Of a DNA stretch of 64,000 nt, positions 1-8,054 are shown one piece after another. The stretch is taken from positions 211,129 through 275,128 of the forward strand of contig OZ244736.1 of NCBI GenBank assembly GCA_965219405.1, given 5' to 3'. This DNA comes from Dehalococcoidia bacterium (GTDB lineage Bacteria > Chloroflexota > Dehalococcoidia > UBA6926). The notes below the pieces were generated by a model. That model was not told the DNA's origin, ran no database searches, and saw only the letters and a list, made by a program, of their open reading frames with translations. Position numbers and translations under genes: made by a program. The stretch's first letter is position 1; each line of letters starts with the position of its first letter.

Positions 1-17
1 TTCGAGCTCTCGGTAGA

Positions 18-302
18 TCACGCAGGGACGAGGGCTTTGTTTTCTACCTGAAGCAGCAACTCAATGGTGATGGGTTGATCGGTTGATTCCTCCACAAAGA
101 GTTCCTTCGGCAGCGGCTGCTTGTCATCTTCGTAGAATTCCAGGACGGTGTAAAAGCAATCGATCGCGTGCTCTATTACCTCCGCAATGGTGTCCCCCTC
201 CGTGAGGAATGCCGGAAGCGCCGCGCATTCGACCGTGTAACCACCCTCCGGCTGCGGCTCCAACACCAACGGCAAGCGAACAGTACGTCCAGCCTTGGAC
301 AT
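18..302 (-). CDS. HicB-family antitoxin (UPF0150-like)
   Basis: 94-aa ORF. 'LEPQPEGGYTVECAALPAFLTEGDTIAEVIEHAIDCF' is the HicB/UPF0150 N-terminal signature, also seen in the ORFs at 13812, 27658 and 57054. Its TGA (18-20) overlaps a GTG (GTGA) that opens a frame 'VIYRELE' running off the window edge. That may be a HicA partner but is too short to call. Confidence 0.7.
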   Translation of the reverse strand: MSKAGRTVRLPLVLEPQPEGGYTVECAALPAFLTEGDTIAEVIEHAIDCFYTVLEFYEDDKQPLPKELFVEESTDQPITIELLLQVENKALVPA

Positions 303-419
303 CTCTTTCTCCCATCATCGCATTAGTACGCATTCATGCGGTCAGCCACCATGATAGCGCACGCCTGAACAAATGCTTGCACCCCTATGGCCATGGCAGC
401 CTACGGAACTGCTAGGTCC

Positions 420-456
420 AAGAGAAAGGCGGGAGGGCTCGTACGAGCCTCCCGCC
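420..456 (-). terminator. intrinsic terminator-like hairpin downstream of the ACAD gene ending at 500
   Basis: GGCGGGAGG(G)CTCG-TA-CGAGCCTCCCGCC, a 12-13 bp GC-rich stem at 428-456. On the minus strand it is followed by TTTCTCTT (reverse complement of 420-427). Confidence 0.55.
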
Positions 457-499
457 TCTTTGTTCCTTGTGGAACCGGCGATGATTCGGACGTGGTGTC

Positions 500-1624
500 C
501 TAGATGTTCATCGCCTGCGCGACGCGCTCGCGGTGGTAGTCGCCATCACCGAAGGAGACCTCCCACGCCTTGAGGCGGCGCGTGAACAGCTGCAGGTCAT
601 GCTCCTGCGTGAAGCCAATAGCGCCGTGGCACTGGTGTGCCGTGGCCGCCACACGCTGCGCGGAGTCGCTGACCCACGCCTTCGCGGAAGAAACCTCGAG
701 GTCGGAGGGCAGGCCCTCACCCAGCCGCCAGATCGCCTGGTAGGTGATGAAGCGGGAGCCGTCGACATCCGTCGCCATGTTCGCGCAGTAGTGCTGGATT
801 GCCTGGAAGGAGCCGATGGGCCGACCGAACTGCACGCGGTTCTTCACGTACTCGACGGTCATGTCCAGGACCTCTTGCAGCGCGCCGACCATCTGCGTGC
901 AGCGAAGCGCCGCGCCCTTCTGGAGCAGCAGCCGAAGCACGGACCAGCCGTTACCGGCCTCGCCCAGCACGTTTGCGCCGGAGACGGAGACGTTGTTGAA
1001 CGTCACTTCACACTGGTTGTCCGTTGCGATGGTCTTGAGCTTGTCGACGGAAACGCCGTCGCTCTGAGCGTCCACCAGCAGCAGCGTGATGCCGTCCTCG
1101 CCGGAGCCGCCGGTGCGGGCCGCGACCAGCAGGTAGTCGGCTGCATGGGCATTTTCGACGAACATCTTTGTGCCGTTCAGGGTGTAGCCATCGCCGGATG
1201 CCGAGGCCTCAAGGTTGATGCCGTTGGCGTCGAGGCGGGAATACGGCTCAAGAATGGCCGCCGTGGCGATCAGGTCGCCCGCCGCGATTCGTGGCAGGAA
1301 TTCCGCTTTCTGCGCGTCAGAGCCGGCATCAAGGATGGCGACTGTCACGAGCGCAGTGTTGAAGAACGGGCCCGGCATGACGCCATGACCAACCTCTTCC
1401 AAGAGGATGCCAAGATCAACCAGGCTCTGCCCGGTTCCACCGTGCTCCTCAGGAACGATCAGGCCGAGCCATCCGACCTGGGCGATCTTCTGCCACATGT
1501 CCGCCGTGAAACCACGGTCATCTTCTTCCATATCCCGGACGAACGTGCGCGGCGTCTCCTGCTCAATGAATTCTCGCGCCATCGACCGCAGCATTTCCTG
1601 GTCTTCAGTCAGTCCCAGATCCAT
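500..1624 (-). CDS. acyl-CoA dehydrogenase family protein, divergent (candidate non-catalytic beta-type subunit)
   Basis: ORF 500..1669 trimmed to ATG 1624, which is preceded by AGGAGGGGG. ACAD-like core ('VKNRVQFGRPIGSFQAIQH'). It has 'LEPYSRLD' instead of EPxxGSD and 'LLLQKG' where the paralogues have 'SFER'. It ends ...RERVAQAMNI rather than ...IIAQRGLGLPR. Confidence 0.85.
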   Translation of the reverse strand: MDLGLTEDQEMLRSMAREFIEQETPRTFVRDMEEDDRGFTADMWQKIAQVGWLGLIVPEEHGGTGQSLVDLGILLEEVGHGVMPGPFFNTALVTVAILDAGSDAQKAEFLPRIAAGDLIATAAILEPYSRLDANGINLEASASGDGYTLNGTKMFVENAHAADYLLVAARTGGSGEDGITLLLVDAQSDGVSVDKLKTIATDNQCEVTFNNVSVSGANVLGEAGNGWSVLRLLLQKGAALRCTQMVGALQEVLDMTVEYVKNRVQFGRPIGSFQAIQHYCANMATDVDGSRFITYQAIWRLGEGLPSDLEVSSAKAWVSDSAQRVAATAHQCHGAIGFTQEHDLQLFTRRLKAWEVSFGDGDYHRERVAQAMNI

Positions 1625-1702
1625 TTCCCCCTCCTGTGTTCCCTTGCTCTTTCTTGTGTCCCCCACCAAAGCGGGGCTTTGTCTGCGTTCTGTATCCCGG
1701 TT

Positions 1703-2920
1703 CTACCGCGGGAGTCCGAGACCCCGCTGGGCGATGATGTTCTTCTGAATCTCGCGCGTGCCGCCGCCGATGCTGGTGCCAATGCTCTGCCAGCCGCGAG
1801 CGGGCAGGAAGCCTTCATCCGGCAGCGGGAAGCGGTCGCCGTTGGTCGGCAACAGATTGCCATAGCCGTCCATGATCTGCGACAGGCCGCGGTAGATGTG
1901 CTGAAACAGCTCATCACCGAAGAACTTGACCATCGAGGATTCCTTCTGCGGAATCATGCCCTCACTCTGCATCCAGCCAACCCGGTAGCAGAGGGAGCGC
2001 AGCGTCTCAATCTCAATTCGCCACTCAGCCAGGCGATGTCGAATCTCGGCGCGATCCACTGGTGTGTCGCCGCCCTCGTCGCGCACCATGCCGCACCAGT
2101 TAGTGAACTGCTCCAGGGTGCGGAGTAGCTGTGCCGGGCGGCCGATGTTGGAGCGCTCAAACGAGAGCGTCGTCATCGCGGCATACCAGCCGCGATTCTC
2201 CTCACCGATGATATTGTTCGCCGGAACACGCCAGTTCTCCATGAACAGCTCATCCCAGCGGTGATTGTTCGTGCCGTCCTTGATACCGCGAACCTGGATG
2301 CCCGGCATGTAGTTGCCGTCCTCATCCTTCAGCCGTGCTAGCAGGTACGTGATGCCGCGGTGCTTGGGCGCGTCCGGATCCGTTCGCACCAGTATGTGAA
2401 TCCAGTCGTTGCGATACGTGCCCCAGATCTTCTGTCCGCTGACGACGTAGTCGTCGCCATCGCGGACTGCGCGTGTCTTGAGTCCGGCGAGGTCGGAACC
2501 GGCGTCCGGTTCCGAGAACCCCTGAGAAAACTCGATGTCCGCGTTTGCGATCTGCGGCAGGAAAAGCTGCTTCTGCCATTCCTGTCCATGCACCATGAGG
2601 ACGGGGGCGACGAGGCCGCCACCCAACGCCGCCGGGGCATCGTGGTAGGACATGACTTCGCGATAAGCGAGTTGCTTCTCAATGGAAGCGTCCTGGCCGC
2701 CGTACTCGCTCGGCCAGTGCATGGTGTACCAGCCCCTGTTGACCAGTTTCTTGGCGAATTGGCGTGCAACCTCGTGACCGGCTTCGCGTTCTTCTTCGTT
2801 GCCGTGCCACCCGGCTAGGCCGCCTGTCAGGTCATAACCGGGATTCTGCCATTCGCTCTTGACGAATTGTTCGGCCTCATCCCGGATGGCCTGCGCCTCC
2901 TCCGAAAATCGAAAGTCCAC
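1703..2920 (-). CDS. acyl-CoA dehydrogenase family protein (paralogue group A)
   Basis: 405 aa with SD AAGGAGGGGGG upstream. Motifs 'FSEPDAGSD', 'NRGWYAAMTTLSFERSNIG' and C-terminus 'GGGTREIQKNIIAQRGLGLPR'. Confidence 0.9.
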   Translation of the reverse strand: MDFRFSEEAQAIRDEAEQFVKSEWQNPGYDLTGGLAGWHGNEEEREAGHEVARQFAKKLVNRGWYTMHWPSEYGGQDASIEKQLAYREVMSYHDAPAALGGGLVAPVLMVHGQEWQKQLFLPQIANADIEFSQGFSEPDAGSDLAGLKTRAVRDGDDYVVSGQKIWGTYRNDWIHILVRTDPDAPKHRGITYLLARLKDEDGNYMPGIQVRGIKDGTNNHRWDELFMENWRVPANNIIGEENRGWYAAMTTLSFERSNIGRPAQLLRTLEQFTNWCGMVRDEGGDTPVDRAEIRHRLAEWRIEIETLRSLCYRVGWMQSEGMIPQKESSMVKFFGDELFQHIYRGLSQIMDGYGNLLPTNGDRFPLPDEGFLPARGWQSIGTSIGGGTREIQKNIIAQRGLGLPR

Positions 2921-2970
2921 TCCCCCCTCCTTTGCTCTACCCCTCTTGCGGAGTAACCTGCGATTCGCCG

Positions 2971-4173
2971 TTAGCGCGGCAAGCCAAGTCCTCGCTGCGC
3001 AATGATCTGTCGCTGAACTTCAGTGGTGCCTCCGGCGACGCTCAGGGTTCCGGACATGAAAGCCCGGTTATTCAGGAATCCTTCATTCGGCATGTCGATG
3101 CCCTCCTGCGTCGGCAGCAGGTTGCCGTACTCATGGAGGCCACGTGCGAGTGTCTTCATCGTCTTCTGGTACTGAACGTCTGCCCAGAGCTTACTCATGG
3201 AGGATTCCTTCTGGGGAATCTCGCCACGGCTCTGCATCCAGCCGACCCGGTAGGCAATCATTCGCAGGGTCTCAATCTCGATGCGGAGATTAGCCATCTG
3301 GTGGCGGAACGGCGCATCATCCAGTGGGCTGAAGCCACGTGTGGCCTTCAACTCGCGGACAAAGGCGAGGTATTCCTCGATTTGGCGCTGCATCGTAGCC
3401 GGCGCCTGGATATTGGAGCGCTCGAAGGAGAGCGTCGTCATCGCCGTGTACCAGCCGCGGTTCTCTTCACCCAAGATGTAGCGGGCGGGAACGCGCCAGT
3501 TCTCCATGAACAGCTCGTCCCAACGATGGCGTCCGAGCGCATCGGGAATCTTGCGCACCTGCACGCCCGGCATGAATTCGCCCTCTGCGTCCTTAAGGGG
3601 CGCAAGGAGGTATGTGATGCCACGGTGCTTGGGCGCGTCAGGATCCGTCCGCACCAGGATGTGAATCCACGGGTTGCGATATGTGCCCCAAATCTTCTGG
3701 CCGCTGATGATATAGTCATCGCCGTCACGGACGGCACGCGTCTTGAGCGATCCGAGATCGGAACCCGCGTCCGGCTCCGAGAAGCCCTGCGAAAACTCGA
3801 GGTCGGCGTTCGCGATTCCCGGCAGGAATTCATCCTGCATCCACTTGGGAGCGGCAAGCATCAGGACAGGGGCGACAAGGCCGCCGCCGAGCGACGCGGG
3901 CGCGCCTGCATAGGACATGGCCTCGCGGTAGGCCAGCTGCACCTCAATTGAGGCGTCCTGTCCGCCAAACTCGCTGGGCCAGTGCATTGTCCACCAGCCC
4001 TTTTGGACGAGCTTCTTTTCAAACTCGTTTATAGCCTCTTCAGCCTCGTCAACCTGATGGTGCCAATTGACTAGAATCTGGGTATCCCAATTGCCGGGCT
4101 CCCACTCCTTGCGGGTGAATTCAATGGCGTCTTGTTGTATTTGCTGCGCCTCAGGCGTGAATCGGAAGTCCAT
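2971..4173 (-). CDS. acyl-CoA dehydrogenase family protein (group A)
   Basis: ORF 2971..4266 trimmed to 'MDFRFTPEAQ' (ATG 4173, SD GAGGGGGGA). Motifs 'FSEPDAGSD', 'TTLSFERSNIQ' and 'AGGTTEVQRQIIAQRGLGLPR'. Confidence 0.9.
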   Translation of the reverse strand: MDFRFTPEAQQIQQDAIEFTRKEWEPGNWDTQILVNWHHQVDEAEEAINEFEKKLVQKGWWTMHWPSEFGGQDASIEVQLAYREAMSYAGAPASLGGGLVAPVLMLAAPKWMQDEFLPGIANADLEFSQGFSEPDAGSDLGSLKTRAVRDGDDYIISGQKIWGTYRNPWIHILVRTDPDAPKHRGITYLLAPLKDAEGEFMPGVQVRKIPDALGRHRWDELFMENWRVPARYILGEENRGWYTAMTTLSFERSNIQAPATMQRQIEEYLAFVRELKATRGFSPLDDAPFRHQMANLRIEIETLRMIAYRVGWMQSRGEIPQKESSMSKLWADVQYQKTMKTLARGLHEYGNLLPTQEGIDMPNEGFLNNRAFMSGTLSVAGGTTEVQRQIIAQRGLGLPR

Positions 4174-4284
4174 GTGGATGGTTCCCCCCTCTTGTTTATC
4201 CCCCAAGCGCCGCGTGACGACCAGCGCGCCGCCTCCCTGACTCAACCCGTGAACGATAGCATGCACGCAATGCGGCGTAAAGTC

Positions 4285-5478
4285 TTAGGAAGGCCGAGCC
4301 GTGGGACCCACAACCTTGTATTTCCTCTCCACCGTTCTTTCTGAGAGCGGCAGGACCTGCACGACAACCCGAGTCAGCCCAACAACTTCGCCATTCGCAT
4401 CAAAACTGTAATTATCACCGATGGCGCCGCTCCACGTGATTTCGTACAGGCAATCTCGAAAGGCGTCAGCGTCACTATCGTCGCCAGTTCGTCTCAAGCA
4501 CTCTGCGGCAATATAGACATCGTCATAGGCAGACCCCAAGTGCCATGGCAATGTCACGTAGTCGTAGCGGTCCCTGAAATCTGCGAGGACTTGCTGTGCC
4601 TTCTCGTTATCAGGGTCCAGGTTGGCGGTAATCGCTTTCATGCCCGTTGCCGCGTCACCGGCGATATCAAGGGCTGTCGTTCCCACTGACACGGTCTCCG
4701 CATAGATCGGCCCCGTGTACCCCAGCTCCCTGGCTTGCTTCATGATGGTCCCTGCCGAGAACTCGGATTGAGGCGCTATGTGGATTGCATCCGGGTTGGA
4801 CTGGAAGAGTTTGGTCAGATGCACCCGGAAATCTATGGATTCCGACTGGTAGCGCTCTGCAGCGACTATCTGCCCGCCATGCATTTCGAATTGCGCAACT
4901 GAGGTCCGCCGAACACCCTCCGCGTAGTCGGTGGTCTCCGTAATTGTCGCGAGTGTGCGTATTCCGTCTTCCCATAGGGTGTTGCCAGTAACAATTCCTA
5001 CCTGCACATCGCTTATCTGCGTCCTGAATATGTAGTCTCCGGCATTGGCAATTTCGGGGTTGCTTGCGAGGCCCGAAAAGAGGATGACGCCGTCGGATTC
5101 CGCCAAGGGAGCAACGGCAAGCATGGCGCTGCTACATGAAGGTCCAAGGATGATCTTCATATCATCAACCTGCGTGAGCTTGTTGTATGCGGCAATGGCA
5201 TCCTGGGCAGCGCATTTCGAATCCTCGACCACAAACTCGAGCGGGCGACCATCAATACCGCCTGCGGCATTGATCTCATCGGCAGCCATGTGTTTGGCCT
5301 GGCTCGCCACCGTGCCGTACGTCTCGCCAGGACCCGTCAGCGATTCCATAACGCCAATGGTGAAGGGGTCCGCTTGCTGATCCTCGTCCGCCTGCGTACA
5401 CGCAAGCAGGGTGAGCGCCAACATCAAGGCAGCTAGAACAGCCGCAATTCTCGTGAGCCTACCGACAGAAAGATTCAT
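4285..5478 (-). CDS. ABC transporter substrate-binding lipoprotein, branched-chain amino acid (LivJ/type I PBP) family
   Basis: Starting at M35 (ATG 5478) gives a signal peptide plus lipobox, 'RIAAVLAALMLALTLLAC'. The body is typical of Leu/Ile/Val-binding proteins ('IGVMESLTGPGETYG', 'KIILGPSCSS'). The longer ORF to 5580 would read through a GC hairpin. No permease or ATPase gene is adjacent. Confidence 0.85.
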   Translation of the reverse strand: MNLSVGRLTRIAAVLAALMLALTLLACTQADEDQQADPFTIGVMESLTGPGETYGTVASQAKHMAADEINAAGGIDGRPLEFVVEDSKCAAQDAIAAYNKLTQVDDMKIILGPSCSSAMLAVAPLAESDGVILFSGLASNPEIANAGDYIFRTQISDVQVGIVTGNTLWEDGIRTLATITETTDYAEGVRRTSVAQFEMHGGQIVAAERYQSESIDFRVHLTKLFQSNPDAIHIAPQSEFSAGTIMKQARELGYTGPIYAETVSVGTTALDIAGDAATGMKAITANLDPDNEKAQQVLADFRDRYDYVTLPWHLGSAYDDVYIAAECLRRTGDDSDADAFRDCLYEITWSGAIGDNYSFDANGEVVGLTRVVVQVLPLSERTVERKYKVVGPTARPS

Positions 5479-5555
5479 TTGGGATTCGGTTTGCCTCTTG
5501 AGGTTTGTTGAGTTCCCATTACTCTCGGGGGCTCTCCTCATTGCAGAGTAGCGTA

Positions 5556-5577
5556 GGGGCGGCCACTTGGCCGCCCC
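5556..5577. repeat. GC-rich palindromic hairpin (GGGGCGGCC-ACTT-GGCCGCCCC)
   Basis: Perfect 9-bp stem just downstream of the ACAD stop at 5602. Same core (GGGGCGGC...GCCGCCCC) as the hairpin at 17865-17889. No clear U-tract on either strand. Confidence 0.45.
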
Positions 5578-5601
5578 CATTATTGTGCTTGCGTGAAGCG
5601 G

Positions 5602-6813
5602 TTACCGCGGCAACCCCAGCCCTCGCTGCGCGATGATGTTGGGGCCCAGAGCCAGTCCGCCACCGCCGCCAAAGCCTGTCGTCATGGACAGGGCGTAGTT
5701 TGTGCCGTACTTGCCATCACCCGGCGCGCGGCTCTCGCCCTTCAGCAGTGCCCGATACGGCCCAATCGCCTTGGCGAGTGCAGGCCAGAACGTGAACTTG
5801 GCTGTCGCGAGCGCACGGTAGCCGGAGATCGCGCCCTCCGCCTGCGGCACCTCTCCATTCGCCTGCATCCACGCCACGCGATAGGCCAGCATTCGATCCG
5901 CCTCCAGCGTGATCCGCGCGTCTGCAAGGATATGGCGAATGACATCGTCCTTGAGCGGCGACTCCCCATTGAACGTGATGCCCCGCATCTCTTGGAGGTA
6001 TCGATCCAACACCCCGATAAGCCGTGCAGCGCCGTCGATACCCGTTCGCTCAAAGTTGAGCGTCGTCATCGCTGCGTACCAGCCGCGGTTGACCTCGCCG
6101 ATGATCTGGTGACGCGGCACACGGACTTCATCCATGAACACTTCGTTCCAGCGTCGGCGCCCGAGCATGTCATACAACGGCCGCAGGGTGATGCCGGGCA
6201 TCTGGTTGCCCTCATCGTCCTTGAGCTGCATGGCAAGATACGTGATGCCGCGATGCTTGGGCGCCTCCGGGTCCGTCCTCACCAGCACGTGATACCAGTT
6301 GGCGAAATGAGAGCCGGACGACCATATCTTCTGGCCGGTAACGACAAAATCGTCGCCGTCCTCTACGCCGCGTGTGGACAGGGAGGCGAGATCAGTTCCC
6401 GCATTCGGCTCAGAAAAACCCTGCGCCCAATTGATCGTGTTGTCGCGCATGCCGGAGAGGAAGTTTTCCTTCATCCAATCCGTGCCATGGATCATGATTG
6501 CGCCTGCGACGTTGGCCTGCGGCTGCGAGGCTGGCGCATTGTGATAGGCCAACTCCTCTGAGTAGACGAGCTGACGTGAGATGGGGGCGTCCTGCCCGCC
6601 ATACTCCTCCGGCCAGGCCATCAGCCAATACCCGCGATCTATGAGCTTCTTCTGGAAATCCTCTGCGTGATCACGCGCTCCGGGGTTGTCATAATCGTAG
6701 GACCATACATTCATCGCATAGGCGTCGTAATCCTTGGGGTCCCACTCTTTGTCAAGGAACTCGCGCAATTCGGCTCGAAAAGCCTCGTCAGCGGGGTTAG
6801 TTGAGAAGTCCAT
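5602..6813 (-). CDS. acyl-CoA dehydrogenase family protein (group B)
   Basis: 403 aa with SD AGGGGAGG. Motifs 'FSEPNAGTD', 'NRGWYAAMTTLNFERTG' and Gly-rich C-terminus 'GFGGGGGLALGPNIIAQRGLGLPR'. Confidence 0.9.
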   Translation of the reverse strand: MDFSTNPADEAFRAELREFLDKEWDPKDYDAYAMNVWSYDYDNPGARDHAEDFQKKLIDRGYWLMAWPEEYGGQDAPISRQLVYSEELAYHNAPASQPQANVAGAIMIHGTDWMKENFLSGMRDNTINWAQGFSEPNAGTDLASLSTRGVEDGDDFVVTGQKIWSSGSHFANWYHVLVRTDPEAPKHRGITYLAMQLKDDEGNQMPGITLRPLYDMLGRRRWNEVFMDEVRVPRHQIIGEVNRGWYAAMTTLNFERTGIDGAARLIGVLDRYLQEMRGITFNGESPLKDDVIRHILADARITLEADRMLAYRVAWMQANGEVPQAEGAISGYRALATAKFTFWPALAKAIGPYRALLKGESRAPGDGKYGTNYALSMTTGFGGGGGLALGPNIIAQRGLGLPR

Positions 6814-6825
6814 CCTGCCTCCCCT

Positions 6826-6842
6826 TCATCGTTCAACGATGA
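6826..6842. promoter_or_regulatory. perfect 17-bp palindrome TCATCGTT-C-AACGATGA next to the SD of the ACAD gene at 5602..6813 (candidate operator)
   Basis: 8-bp arms with a 1-nt centre, read directly. It lies 13-29 nt upstream of ATG 6813, abutting the AAGGGGAGG ribosome-binding site. Confidence 0.3.
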
Positions 6843-6936
6843 TCTAGCGGCGCAGCCACGGCGGCGGCACCGCATTCCTGCGCGCAATGTAGCACCGCAT
6901 GGACGCGGGGTAAAGCTGCGGATGGTGAGGGGCGGT

Positions 6937-7494
6937 TTAGCTAGACTGCGAATCCAGCAGGCGCTCCGCGATGCTCCGGAGTATTCGCCACTCCTCGTGC
7001 GAAGACGCAAACCTCTTCTCGATCCCAATTGCCCACCCATTGAAGTCGTCCTTGGTGTGTCGCTTGATCTCCAGATCCGCGCGCTTCATAACGAGCCGGT
7101 TGACTTGGGGATCGTTTCGCACGGTGGCCAGCAGCTCCGTGTCGTGATCCTCACCATCCCACGTCACGTCGACCGCCCTGCCAAAGATGGGAAAGCTCTT
7201 CTTTCTGGTGGACTTTATAGAGACGGCGCGATCTTTCGAAAAAGGGCGGTCGTCCGGCGCCAGGAAGACGTACCACCACCGCGTGGCGGAATACTGGCTG
7301 CCGTCTATCTTGAAGAGGTTGACGCGGCTGATCGGCCCTTCCGCGACGGCAATGCTCCCGAGGGCGCGCGCCCATCCCGGCTTCTGCACGTTCTCGATGG
7401 GCACGTCTCGTTCGGACATGGACGCGGGGAGGCCCAACGACTGTAGAGCAGCCGCCAGATTGTCCCGTGTCTTGTCTCTGAATCGCTCTCTCAT
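6937..7494 (-). CDS. hypothetical protein (no recognisable domain)
   Basis: 185-aa ORF in a clear intergenic slot between an ACAD and a DUF1761 gene. No motif that I recognise. Confidence 0.5.
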   Translation of the reverse strand: MRERFRDKTRDNLAAALQSLGLPASMSERDVPIENVQKPGWARALGSIAVAEGPISRVNLFKIDGSQYSATRWWYVFLAPDDRPFSKDRAVSIKSTRKKSFPIFGRAVDVTWDGEDHDTELLATVRNDPQVNRLVMKRADLEIKRHTKDDFNGWAIGIEKRFASSHEEWRILRSIAERLLDSQSS

Positions 7495-7578
7495 AACCGC
7501 ATTTTAATCACTCGGCTCCGCGCCCTCGCGTCATCAAACGTGGTCATTTTGGCCCTGCGATCAGGGCGCTGCCGTCCG

Positions 7579-7983
7579 CTAGGACGTCGCGCCAATGATT
7601 GTACCCATCACGGTGAATGTGACGACGTGATAGCCGGCGTTGATGACGAAGAGCGTTGGTGATTTCTTCTCAAAGAGGTAGGTAACGGCAAATGAGGCGG
7701 CGATGAACGCAGCGCCAACGGTGAGCCCGGTACGCAAGCCTTCGAGCAGGGATGAGTCGTCACCGATGACCAGGGAGAGGACGTAACTGGCGATGAGCAG
7801 CATGACGAACGAGCCGCCGAACATGCGAATGAGATTGCCCTGGTGGTCATCCTCCGTGAAGCCGTTCTCACGCATCCACGGCTTGGCAAACAGGATGGGC
7901 GAGTACCAAGCGCCCCCAATCACAAACGCCACAAGTGTCGCGGCAATGATACCGATGTAGTTGAGATCCGTATTGAAATCCAT
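7579..7983 (-). CDS. DUF1761-family membrane protein
   Basis: 134 aa with 4 predicted TM segments. The N-terminus 'YIGIIAATLVAFVIGGAWYSPILFAKPWM' is typical of DUF1761. Confidence 0.7.
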   Translation of the reverse strand: MDFNTDLNYIGIIAATLVAFVIGGAWYSPILFAKPWMRENGFTEDDHQGNLIRMFGGSFVMLLIASYVLSLVIGDDSSLLEGLRTGLTVGAAFIAASFAVTYLFEKKSPTLFVINAGYHVVTFTVMGTIIGATS

Positions 7984-8054
7984 GAGCCCATGTCCTTACT
8001 TCCACTGCTGACGCCCTAGTGTAGAGGAAGTGGGTGCGCCGGGGCTTGGCGAGC

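Noticed and set aside
533-2128. Very long ORFs antisense to real genes. Examples: 533..2128 (531 aa), 2932..3951, 5593..6561, 14809..15489, 35095..36405, 37973..38593, 55616..56260, 61250..62338.
   Set aside because: They are Arg/Ala/Gly/Pro-rich, have no recognisable domains, and lie exactly opposite genes with strong family signatures. This is the typical shadow-ORF artefact of high-G+C DNA.
6844-7582. Imperfect inverted repeat CTAGCGG..GCAGC (6844-6856 versus the reverse complement of 7568-7582) flanking the hypothetical gene at 6937-7494, possibly another mobile cassette.
   Set aside because: It has only 7+4 matching bases with an indel, no flanking direct repeat, and part of it is the DUF1761 stop codon. 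This is compatible with chance.
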